Assembly (NCBI GenBank): GCA_965230295.1
Contig: OZ246001.1
Span: 1,280,001 to 1,344,000, forward strand
DNA from: Marinicella sp.
GTDB lineage: Bacteria; Pseudomonadota; Gammaproteobacteria; Xanthomonadales; Marinicellaceae
Length of the DNA: 64,000 nucleotides
Direction of reading: 5' to 3'
Part shown: one piece after another, positions 33,566-42,384 of the stretch
How positions within the stretch are numbered: position 1 is the stretch's first letter
How the letters are laid out: each line of letters opens with the position of its first letter
The notes under the pieces: generated by a model
Databases searched by the model: none
What the model was told of the DNA's origin: nothing
What the model saw: the letters and a program-made list of their open reading frames with translations, nothing else
Translations under genes and position numbers: made by a program

Positions 33566-35074
33566 ATGGACATCATTCCAACAGCAGGATTTTCACTTGA
33601 ATCAATGGCCAGAGGTGCCGTTGGCTTATTGACCTTGATTGCCATTGCCTATGCATTCAGTAGCAACCGCAAAGGCATCAGTTGGAAGGTGGTTGGTATT
33701 GGCTTATCCATCCAGTTAACTCTCGCAATAGGTGTAATCTACATAGATTCTGTCCAGAATGGCTTCAAATGGGTAGGCTCAATTTTCATCAACATCATGG
33801 ACTTCACCAAAGCAGGTACTGGCTTCTTATTCAGCTCATTTGGCACCGGGGAAATTGAATCACCCTTAATCAATTTCGCAGTCATGATTTTACCAACCAT
33901 CATCTTTTTCTCAGCCCTGACATCGGTGTTGTTTTATTTAGGCATCATTCAGAAAATTGTCAAAGGACTGGCTTGGATGTTGACCAAAGCCCTGAAAATA
34001 TCAGGGGCCGAAAGTTTATCGGTCGCCGGTAACATCTTTTTGGGTCAAACCGAAGCACCCTTGATGATCAAAAAATATTTAGAATCGATGAATAAATCGG
34101 AAATCCTGTTGGTGATGATCGGTGGCATGGCAACTGTGGCTGGCGGCGTGTTGGCAGCCTATGTTGGATTTCTTGGTGGCGAAGACAAAGCGTTACAATT
34201 GTTTTATGCAAAACACTTGTTGGCAGCCTCAGTGATGGCGGCGCCTGGCGCAATAGTGGTTGCCAAAATCCTCTATCCTCAAACCGAAAAAATTGAATCA
34301 AACATCGAAGTGTCCAACGAAGCTGTTGGAACCAATTTCCTGGATGCTCTGGCCAACGGAACCACCGAAGGTTTGAAGTTAGCCATGAATGTAGGTGCCA
34401 TGCTGTTGGTGTTTTTCTCCTTCATTGCTTTGGTGAATTTCATCTTTAATTTTCTGGGATCAATCCTCAACACCACAGCCTTATTGGGCTTGATCGCAGG
34501 TTCGATCGCTGTAACTTTTGCCTGGATGAAATCCAGCCCTGACCTGGCTCGATGGAAAGCCGGCATTCTCGGCACCACCTTAACCTTTGCCTTGTACATG
34601 ATCGTGATGAGCATTGGTACCAACTATTACAACTTTGCTGAAGTCAGTGACAATTTCAATCAACTGATTGCTGCCAACACCTCTTACAACACCTTGTCAT
34701 TGGAGTTTATCCTGGGTCATTTATTTGCGCCCTTAATGTGGTTGATCGGTGTGGCCACCGAAGACATCACCAAATTGGGCCAGTTATTGGGTGTGAAGAT
34801 CATTGCTTCTGAATTTGTCGGCTATGAAAATCTGGCAACCTTGAAAGACACTGCACAAGAAGTGCATCTGATGTATGACAAATCCATCCTGATGGCCACT
34901 TACATGCTGTGTGGTTTTGCCAATTTTGCCTCCATCGGCATCCAAGTCGGTGGCATCGGTTCATTGGCCCCGGGTCAACGCAAAGTGCTGTCTTCATTTG
35001 GGATGAAAGCTTTACTCGGTGGCACTCTGGCCTCACTGTTCTCAGCCACCATGGCTGGTATGTTGGTGGGGTAG
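33566..35074 (+). CDS. nupC: Concentrative nucleoside transporter (CNT/NupC family)
   Basis: LPTIIFFS, NIFLGQTEAP, GMATVAG, CGFANFASIG. Confidence 0.93.
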   Translation: MDIIPTAGFSLESMARGAVGLLTLIAIAYAFSSNRKGISWKVVGIGLSIQLTLAIGVIYIDSVQNGFKWVGSIFINIMDFTKAGTGFLFSSFGTGEIESPLINFAVMILPTIIFFSALTSVLFYLGIIQKIVKGLAWMLTKALKISGAESLSVAGNIFLGQTEAPLMIKKYLESMNKSEILLVMIGGMATVAGGVLAAYVGFLGGEDKALQLFYAKHLLAASVMAAPGAIVVAKILYPQTEKIESNIEVSNEAVGTNFLDALANGTTEGLKLAMNVGAMLLVFFSFIALVNFIFNFLGSILNTTALLGLIAGSIAVTFAWMKSSPDLARWKAGILGTTLTFALYMIVMSIGTNYYNFAEVSDNFNQLIAANTSYNTLSLEFILGHLFAPLMWLIGVATEDITKLGQLLGVKIIASEFVGYENLATLKDTAQEVHLMYDKSILMATYMLCGFANFASIGIQVGGIGSLAPGQRKVLSSFGMKALLGGTLASLFSATMAGMLVG

Positions 35075-35101
35075 TAATAAATCCGAATGCCAGTTAAGTC
35101 T

Positions 35102-35185
35102 TGCCATTGCGAGGAACGCAGTGACGTGGCAATCTCATGAATTTGATCAGGTGTTATGAGAATGCTGCGCAAGGCTCGCAATGAC
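35102..35185. repeat. GTCAT-type palindromic element
   Basis: Terminal inverted repeats CATTGCGAG / CTCGCAATG; relative at 56734..56823. Confidence 0.75.
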
Positions 35186-35293
35186 CAAAAACAACATCTG
35201 ATGAATCAGAACATTAAAATTCTGTGAAACAGTGGTGAATTTTGTATGACAGCGAACATAAAAACTTGCATTTTTTTCTCAGCTGGTTTGTAA

Positions 35294-35917
35294 TTGGATA
35301 AACCACTCAGGAGAAAATTGATTAAACGTCACTACCTTGGGTCGCATCAAACCCTCAGAACTGATGCATCGGGTATGCCACTTGAATGGCTAAATTGTGA
35401 ACAAGTCGCCAAGTTAATGGCATTAGATATGGTGCAGTACGAATTCGGCGCCACCCTCACCCGCCTCCACGGCGGCATCAATGCCCTTTCCGGCAAACAA
35501 AGTTACTACGACATCCCTGCCATCATCGGCACCAAAGGCTACAACAACCACATCCACAAACAACTGGCACAGTACATTCCACCACTGAACAACCAAACCC
35601 TGTTCAAGCGTGATCAAAATTTATGTTTGTATTGTGGACAAGTTTTCCACCGCCACCAACTCTCAAGAGACCACGTCACTCCGGTGTCACAGGGCGGCAA
35701 AGACGTGTGGACCAATGTGGTTACATCGTGTAAACGGTGTAATAACCACAAAGCCGATCGTACACCTTTACAAGCCAACATGCGTTTACTGGCGATTCCG
35801 TTTGCCCCGAATTACGCTGAATACATTTTTCTGCAAAACAAAAATATCATCGCTGATCAGATGAATTTCTTGATGAATCATTTTCCCAAGAAGTCACCGT
35901 TCAGGCGACGCATGTAA
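35294..35917 (+). CDS. HNH endonuclease (McrA-like)
   Basis: LFKRDQNLCLYCG, RDHVTP, GG, NVVTSCKRCNNHK; start uncertain. Confidence 0.9.
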   Translation: MDKPLRRKLIKRHYLGSHQTLRTDASGMPLEWLNCEQVAKLMALDMVQYEFGATLTRLHGGINALSGKQSYYDIPAIIGTKGYNNHIHKQLAQYIPPLNNQTLFKRDQNLCLYCGQVFHRHQLSRDHVTPVSQGGKDVWTNVVTSCKRCNNHKADRTPLQANMRLLAIPFAPNYAEYIFLQNKNIIADQMNFLMNHFPKKSPFRRRM

Positions 35918-36110
35918 ATAAAGGACCGCAGAACAATGGATTGACCCTGTCTCAGGTTGAGACCCTCCTCAGACCGCCTCAAAAAAAGTCAATAACCATT
36001 CAATCCCCATCAAATTTACTGATTAGTGGCACCACCTCAGAGGTTGAATTTCACAATGTTTTCCCTAATCCGAATGTATTAAATTCCTGACTTTAGTTAA
36101 ATTTGTATGA

Positions 36111-36350
36111 CCATTCACTTCGACTCCGCTCAGTGAACGAATCATCGCTGGCTGAGCACTTCGTCAGGCTCAGCACAGGCTACAGTCGAAGCCAATCTAT
36201 TTGTCATCCCGAGCTTCGTCGAGGGATCTCCTGAAACAAGGAATGATTTGATGAAAAAAATATCTTCTTCACGAAAAGAGATTTCTCCACTCGCTACACT
36301 CGGTCGAAATGACTGATAGCTGTCATCCCGAGCACAGCCGAGGGATCTCC
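36111..36350. repeat. Cluster of REP-like palindromes
   Basis: CTTCGACTCCGCTCAGTGAAC, a nested copy, two TGTCATCCCGAGC..GAGGGATCTC and one GAGATTTCTC..CGAAATGAC. Confidence 0.8.
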
Positions 36351-36370
36351 CTAAGCTGGGTTGAACCAAA

Positions 36371-36652
36371 TTATTGGTGTATCTTGGCCCATTCGATGAA
36401 AGGCTGAAGTTTTTCATCGGCCAACAACAGCTCCAAGGAATTCAAATGCCGACCCAAATATTTTTCGCTGTATTGTTTGTGGATAAAGGAATGACAGCGC
36501 CTACACACATCAATGCCGCGGGTGCGCATGTCTTCCCGGGTGAAGTTTTTCCTGAACCATTTGTTCTTATGACAGGTTTTGGGGATCAAGTGGTGAAACG
36601 TGATGTTGTGTTCAGAGCCGCAGAGCTGGCAATTATTATCATCTTGATGCAT
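36371..36652 (-). CDS. Small HNH-fold protein
   Basis: CQLC, FHHLIPK, CRRCHSFIH. Confidence 0.8.
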   Translation of the reverse strand: MHQDDNNCQLCGSEHNITFHHLIPKTCHKNKWFRKNFTREDMRTRGIDVCRRCHSFIHKQYSEKYLGRHLNSLELLLADEKLQPFIEWAKIHQ

Positions 36653-36691
36653 TTGAAGCCTTTAATCACACTGTAGTTATTCAAAAAGTGA

Positions 36692-36719
36692 TGTCATCCT
36701 GCGACTTGATCGCAGGATC
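36692..36719. repeat. GTCAT-type palindrome
   Basis: TGTCATCCTGCGACTTGATCGCAGGATC, near reverse complement of 56940..56967. Confidence 0.75.
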
Positions 36720-36902
36720 AAGGTGGGTGGCATTTAAATAGATTATAAGTCTTACAAAACGGACAAAACAACTGTCTGGATGCTGTGGTCTCGATCTCTG
36801 ATCCAGTCTCGATTCTAAGGCTTACGTCCATGAAAGCCGAACCAAAGCATGGCGTATCAATGTAAAACTTTTGATCGTGTGAGTTTGTGATTGTTATCTG
36901 GA

Positions 36903-38123
36903 TCAATCAATTCCCAGTTTTTTGATTTTATAGCGCAAGGCGCGAAAACTGATGCCGAGCAGATCGGCGGCTTTGGTTTTGTTGTTGTTGGTTTTGGCCA
37001 GGGCATTGGTGATTTCGCGGATTTCGATGTCTTCGATGTACTTTTCCAGGTTCATTTCTTTGTTCAGCTGAGGCTGGAATCCGGTGTTTTCTAATTGGAT
37101 GTCTTCATCTCTGATCAACTGATTCTGGCAGTTAACGGCTGCTTTTGACAACACCAGATCCAATTCTTTCATGTTCCCTGGAAAATCATATTTCTTCAGT
37201 TTGGCCAAGGCTGTGGGGTGAATTTTACAAGGCAGCTTATTCCATTTTTCTGCCAGTTGTTCCAAACGGGCTTTACATATATCACTCAAGTCATCTTTGA
37301 GTTCTAACAGGGACTTGGTTTCAATTTCACCCACCGAAATCGCCCGCAACAAAGCTTTTTTGATCCCGAGTGAATGTTTGAATTCTTCTTCACTCCAGTT
37401 GGTGGTAACGATGACACGCTGCTCTTCACCAAGCGCCTTAATGAACTTAATCAAAACGGTCTGTTGTTCTGGTTTCAACTGCTCTAGATTTTGAAAAATC
37501 AACGTGCCCTGACTGTCCGGTGTTAAGCTTTCCTCAGGGTCAGAGCAGTTAACAAATGTCATCTCTTGATTTCGCAGTGCACTGTTCTCATGGATCAGGG
37601 TGGCAATTTTCTCTTTCCAACTGCCACGGTCGCCGTAGACAATAACAGGCACTTGGCTGTGGGCATATTTATTGATCAAACTATCCAGTTCTTCAAAATA
37701 AGGTGTCTGGATATCTATGGTCGCCATTTCTTGCTGTTCATCCACTTGTTCGTGTTGTTGTAAACCGGTGATGACCAACTGGCGCAAGGTATCTAAGCTG
37801 ATGGGTTTGGTGATGAAATCATAAGCACCTTTTTTCAAGGTTTCAACAGCATGATTGATGGTTCCAAAAGCGGTGATGACCGCAATCGGCGTGTTGGGAT
37901 AATGCTCATGAACATGCTCAACCAACTCGCTGCCATTACCATCGGGCAGTTTAAAATCAGACAAACACAGGTGAAATGTGGTTTTCGACAGTTGGTACTT
38001 GGCAGCACCTAAACTCTCTGCTTTGTAAACCATAAATCCCATGCGGCTCAGTGATATTTCTAACAATTGTAAAATATCAGGTTCATCATCAACCACCAGA
38101 ATCTTTTTTTGTTCAGTTGTCAT
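36903..38123 (-). CDS. pilR: PilR-like response regulator with degenerate AAA+ domain
   Basis: Receiver domain, FPGN, C-terminal AADLLGISFRALRYKIKKLG HTH typical of PilR. Confidence 0.75.
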   Translation of the reverse strand: MTTEQKKILVVDDEPDILQLLEISLSRMGFMVYKAESLGAAKYQLSKTTFHLCLSDFKLPDGNGSELVEHVHEHYPNTPIAVITAFGTINHAVETLKKGAYDFITKPISLDTLRQLVITGLQQHEQVDEQQEMATIDIQTPYFEELDSLINKYAHSQVPVIVYGDRGSWKEKIATLIHENSALRNQEMTFVNCSDPEESLTPDSQGTLIFQNLEQLKPEQQTVLIKFIKALGEEQRVIVTTNWSEEEFKHSLGIKKALLRAISVGEIETKSLLELKDDLSDICKARLEQLAEKWNKLPCKIHPTALAKLKKYDFPGNMKELDLVLSKAAVNCQNQLIRDEDIQLENTGFQPQLNKEMNLEKYIEDIEIREITNALAKTNNNKTKAADLLGISFRALRYKIKKLGID

Positions 38124-39025
38124 ACAGCTGCAGCTTCCAATAAATCTCTTCGCATCATTGGCCCAAATCTCATTTCCTCGATGAATGAAATCAGTGGCTC
38201 ATGGCTTACTCTCGATTTCATTATATCATCATTTTCAAGCGGTGCATCAAGTACAATTTTTGACAATAATTTAGACAATCGGGCATCTTCATGGTGGTTT
38301 TTGATCTTGGCCTGGCAGGATTTTGCACCCCTGAAACTGAGAAATTCAATTTCCCGATAACGCTCGAATAAGGAGTCCAAGTCATTGAAATGATTCAATA
38401 AAATACAGGCAGTCTTGGGTCCAATGCCTTTGATCCCTGGGATGTTGTCCACTTGATCTCCAGCCAATGCCAAATAATCACAGACCTGATCAGGGCGCAC
38501 ACCAAACTTTTCAGTCAGGGCATCAAAACCCAATGGTTTAGACTTGCCATAATCCCACCACCAATCATTGGCTCGGATCAATTGCGCCAGGTCTTTATCC
38601 GCACTGACCACGCATATTTGATGTCCACGTTCAGCATAAGTTTGGTGCAAAGTGCCTATCAAATCGTCGGCTTCGTAACTGTCATCAGCAAATACCGAGA
38701 CACCCAGCAAAGAGGCGAGTTTCTGACACTGTTTAAACTGGGCTATTAAATCTGCAGGAGCAGGATCACGGTTGGCTTTGTATGGGGGATAAATTTCATT
38801 ACGAAATGAAGTGGTCAAAGCCTCATCAAAGGCTGTGGCAATCAGCTTTGGCTGGGTTTGCTTGATAAAACGACACAGAAATCGGGCGAAACCATACACC
38901 GCATGATTCGAGTTGCCATGAACATCCACCAGATCTGGTGACATGGAGTAATAACTGCGAAAAACAAAAACCGACGAATCGATCAAAAAAGCCGTCGGTT
39001 TTTGTGTATCATCGCCTGCCATCAA
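38120..39025 (-). CDS. 5'-3' exonuclease / flap endonuclease (Xni-like)
   Basis: FRNEIYPPYKANR, YEADDLIG, SADKD, GDQVDNIPGIKGIGPKTA. Confidence 0.92.
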   Translation of the reverse strand: MMAGDDTQKPTAFLIDSSVFVFRSYYSMSPDLVDVHGNSNHAVYGFARFLCRFIKQTQPKLIATAFDEALTTSFRNEIYPPYKANRDPAPADLIAQFKQCQKLASLLGVSVFADDSYEADDLIGTLHQTYAERGHQICVVSADKDLAQLIRANDWWWDYGKSKPLGFDALTEKFGVRPDQVCDYLALAGDQVDNIPGIKGIGPKTACILLNHFNDLDSLFERYREIEFLSFRGAKSCQAKIKNHHEDARLSKLLSKIVLDAPLENDDIMKSRVSHEPLISFIEEMRFGPMMRRDLLEAAAV

Positions 39026-39034
39026 GTCTCAACC

Positions 39035-40744
39035 TCAAGTAATCAAGCCCATGGCCTCTAACTTCAACACAATGCGTTGGGTGGCCTGATCAGGGGTAAA
39101 GTTCAAGGTGTTGATGTCCATCTCTGGGTTTTTCGGCACATCATAGGGATCACTGATACCAGTGAATTCTTTGATCACACCTTTTCTGGCCAAAGCATAC
39201 AAGCCTTTGCGATCACGCTTCTCACACTCTTCTAATGGTGTAGAAACATGAATCTCAAGAAAGCCACCCAATGGCTCAATCCGTTCTCTGACTTCAGAGC
39301 GCATGCGTTCATAAGGTGCAATGGGCGCACAAATAGCGACCCCACCATTTTTGGTGATTTCGCTGGCCACATAGCCAATTCTTTGCACATTGATGTTGCG
39401 ATGTTCTCTGGAAAACCCCAACTCACTGGACAAGTGTTTGCGCACCACATCACCATCCAACAGGGTCACTGGACGGTTGATCATTTCCATCAGTTTAACC
39501 CGAAGGGCATTGGCTATGGTGGATTTGCCTGAACCCGATAAACCGGTGAAGAAAACCGTAAAGCCTTGTTTGTTTCTGGGTGGATAGCTTTTGCGCAGTT
39601 CAGCCACCACTTCAGGGTAGGAAAACCATTCTGGTATTTCTAACCCCAATTGCAGCCTGCGGCGCAACTCTGTTCCTGAAATATTCAGGATGTTTTCATC
39701 TTTCTGAATTTCAGAAACTGGGATGTACTGGGCTTTGTCTTGTGAATAGACCATCATTTCAAACTCAACCATGGCAATACCCAGTTCTTCCTCATGCTTT
39801 TTCAACAATTCCTGTGCAGCATATGGGTCATAGAATGGTTGTCCATTGGAATCATCGCCAGGTCCGGCATGATCACGTCCGACAATCAGGTGTGTACAAC
39901 CGTAGTTTTTGCGAATGATCGCATGCCACAAAGCTTCACGTGGTCCGCCCATACGCATCGCCAAGGGCAACAGTGACAAGGCAGTGGTGCGCTCAGGGTA
40001 ACGATCCATCACATTTTCATAACAACGCACGCGGGTAAAATGATCAATGTCTCCAGGTTTGGTTAAGCCCACCACAGGATGAATCAATAAATTGGCTTCC
40101 ACCCGTTGGGCTGCCCTGAAAGTCAGTTCCTGATGGGCACGGTGCATGGGGTTTCTGGTTTGAAATGCCACCACCCTAGACCAACTGAGCTTTTTGAATT
40201 TGGCCCTGATTTCCTGTGGGGTGTGGCGGTGTTGTTTGTAGTCATAATGAGTCGGTAACTGCAACCCCAATAATTCACCACCCAAGTAATATTCACCGGC
40301 TTGATTCATTAAATAATTAACCGCAGGGTGCTTTTCATCGGTGGTGCCATAGACCGCTTGTGCCTCGGCCGCTTTATCCACTTGCCATGCATCTTCAATT
40401 TTCAGTATCGCCAACACCACGCCTTCTAAATCGCGCAGGGTTAACTGCCCAGCTTCTTTGGCAGCCAGCATGGTTTTTTCATCCACATCCAAGGTAATGG
40501 GCATGGGCCACAAGGTGCCGTCAGCCAGCCGCATGTCAGCCAAAACCGCTGCATAATCGGCTTGTTTCATGAAACCTTGTAATGGCGAGAATGCCCCATT
40601 AAGCAACAGCTCAATGTCACAAATCTGACGTTCTGTCAGGTCCCAATCTGGCAGTTCGTTGGCCATTTTTTGACGCCTGTCTTTGGCTTCAGGGCTGGGT
40701 ATTAAATTAACAAGTTCGCCGCCATGGGCTGCTATGATTTTCAT
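39035..40744 (-). CDS. sat: Bifunctional sulfate adenylyltransferase / APS kinase
   Basis: FQTRNPMHRAH, VGRDHAG, then GLSGSGKST and LDGD of APS kinase. Confidence 0.95.
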   Translation of the reverse strand: MKIIAAHGGELVNLIPSPEAKDRRQKMANELPDWDLTERQICDIELLLNGAFSPLQGFMKQADYAAVLADMRLADGTLWPMPITLDVDEKTMLAAKEAGQLTLRDLEGVVLAILKIEDAWQVDKAAEAQAVYGTTDEKHPAVNYLMNQAGEYYLGGELLGLQLPTHYDYKQHRHTPQEIRAKFKKLSWSRVVAFQTRNPMHRAHQELTFRAAQRVEANLLIHPVVGLTKPGDIDHFTRVRCYENVMDRYPERTTALSLLPLAMRMGGPREALWHAIIRKNYGCTHLIVGRDHAGPGDDSNGQPFYDPYAAQELLKKHEEELGIAMVEFEMMVYSQDKAQYIPVSEIQKDENILNISGTELRRRLQLGLEIPEWFSYPEVVAELRKSYPPRNKQGFTVFFTGLSGSGKSTIANALRVKLMEMINRPVTLLDGDVVRKHLSSELGFSREHRNINVQRIGYVASEITKNGGVAICAPIAPYERMRSEVRERIEPLGGFLEIHVSTPLEECEKRDRKGLYALARKGVIKEFTGISDPYDVPKNPEMDINTLNFTPDQATQRIVLKLEAMGLIT

Positions 40745-40751
40745 AAGTTTC

Positions 40752-42224
40752 TCAGTTTGTTTCGTTCAATTTATATTTGTTTATTTTTTGGGCAATGGTG
40801 GTGTGAGACACACCCAACTGCCTGGCGAGTTTTCTGGTCGATGGAAATTTTTGATACCAGTGTTGTAAAAAGTGTTTTTCAAATTCGCTGACGGCTTGGT
40901 TCAGTGTCATGCCTTCTAAATCGGCTTCTAGACTCATCGCACCTTCCAGGTCTAAATCACTGGATTGGATGGTACCATCAGTGGCCAACATCATCGCCTT
41001 GTAGATGGCATGACGCAGTTGGCTGGCATTACCTGGCCAATAATAACGTTTCATCTTAGCCACAGCATCCAATGAAAAAGCCATGTTTTGTCCGAGCTGT
41101 TGATTGAACTGATGTAAGAAATGTTGCATCAAAGGCTCTATGTCTTCAGGTCGATCTCGCAGCGGAGGAACATCAACTCGCAGCACATCCAACAACAGCA
41201 CCAATTCCGGCAGCAACTTCCCGGCTTGTTGGTGGTTTTCCAATTTCTGTGCCGATGAAGCCATCACCCTGATGCAATGATTTTGTTGGTGTTGTTTGAA
41301 ATAATTGAGAACTTTCTGCTGAATGTGTTGGGCCATGAACTCGATGTGGGAGAAAAACAACGTACCTGATTGGTTCAAATCTAAAATACCCGGCTTGTTG
41401 GTGACACCAAATAGCAAACTTTCCATTTCATCACTTTTCATGGCTTGGCAATCAACCACTGTAAACAGTTCATTGTCTCTTTGGCTCAAGCTATGACAAG
41501 CATGCGCCAACAGTGTCTTTCCGGTGCCCGTTTCACCAACGATGTTCAATGGCGCATCGACATTGGCCAGTGTTTTTGCTTTCTGTAAGACCGCACCAAA
41601 GGAATCTGACTGGTACACCAAACGTTCTAAACCATCGATCTCTTCACCTTGCATCACAAAACTGCTGGCTCTGATTTTATCGTAATCCCTGAACAACAAC
41701 ATGGCACCGTTCATGAGTCCTTGACCATCTTGAATACCTTGCACTTCCAGTAACATGGTACCTGCGATGGTTTTGATGTTGACAGGCAAATGAGAATTGG
41801 CTGCTGCATTGACTTTTTCTTGCCAACCTTCAGAAACAAAAACCTGCTTCATTTGCAGCGGCATTTTGTGGTTATCGGTGTGCGGTTTGAATAACGACAT
41901 GGCTTTGTCGTTGGCATATGAAATTTGACCTTTGTTATTCACGCCCAAAACCGGATCTGGCATCACTTGCATCAATGACTCCAACATGTTCTGGGTTTCT
42001 ACACCAGGCAAGACTTCAATCTGATTGACCCATTTGATGCCAGGAATTTTCATCAGCTGACTGGCTATGGTGCCCTGGATTGGTTTGTCCAAGTCCTGGG
42101 TATGCAAATAGATTTTGCCATCTTCTACTTCGACTTTAATCAGATCGGCCTGGTGACTCCTCAACAACGACAAAACATCGTCAGTGATTCCCAGTTTATT
42201 TTCTGTTGTGATGGCTAGCTTCAT
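40752..42224 (-). CDS. TyrR/PhhR-family transcriptional regulator
   Basis: N-terminal ACT-like and PAS domains, GETGTGKT, WPGN, C-terminal PSTRKLARQLGVSHTTIA. Confidence 0.85.
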   Translation of the reverse strand: MKLAITTENKLGITDDVLSLLRSHQADLIKVEVEDGKIYLHTQDLDKPIQGTIASQLMKIPGIKWVNQIEVLPGVETQNMLESLMQVMPDPVLGVNNKGQISYANDKAMSLFKPHTDNHKMPLQMKQVFVSEGWQEKVNAAANSHLPVNIKTIAGTMLLEVQGIQDGQGLMNGAMLLFRDYDKIRASSFVMQGEEIDGLERLVYQSDSFGAVLQKAKTLANVDAPLNIVGETGTGKTLLAHACHSLSQRDNELFTVVDCQAMKSDEMESLLFGVTNKPGILDLNQSGTLFFSHIEFMAQHIQQKVLNYFKQHQQNHCIRVMASSAQKLENHQQAGKLLPELVLLLDVLRVDVPPLRDRPEDIEPLMQHFLHQFNQQLGQNMAFSLDAVAKMKRYYWPGNASQLRHAIYKAMMLATDGTIQSSDLDLEGAMSLEADLEGMTLNQAVSEFEKHFLQHWYQKFPSTRKLARQLGVSHTTIAQKINKYKLNETN

Positions 42225-42227
42225 CTG

Positions 42228-42312
42228 TGTAAGAATTTCCGTACATTATATTTATTATTTACAATCAATGGTTTATCGTTTTTTTGACGGCTGTTGTAAT
42301 GAAAATGTTACG
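42228..42312. promoter_or_regulatory. Two TyrR/PhhR-type boxes
   Basis: TGTAAG-N6-CGTACA (42228..42245) and TGTAAT-N6-GTTACG (42295..42312) versus TGTAAA-N6-TTTACA. Confidence 0.65.
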
Positions 42313-42384
42313 TATTCTAACTTGGTTGAAGGTTGGCCACAACCTAAAATGAATGCATCAGCAATAACAATTGAATCTAAGGTT

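Noticed and set aside
36142-36417. 91-aa minus-strand ORF
   Set aside because: Composed of palindromic repeat sequence.
35294-36652. RNA-guided or restriction system (IscB, Cas9, RM)
   Set aside because: No RuvC motifs, methyltransferase or identifiable guide RNA; both proteins look like small stand-alone HNH families.
36718-36906. 62-aa ORF with CPFC after pilR
   Set aside because: TTG start, single CxxC and no other support; not excluded, but unsupported.
42184-42384. Long N-terminal extensions of mdeA (likewise 50754..50939 and 47987..48235)
   Set aside because: They cover promoters or neighbouring genes; downstream ATGs match the family starts.
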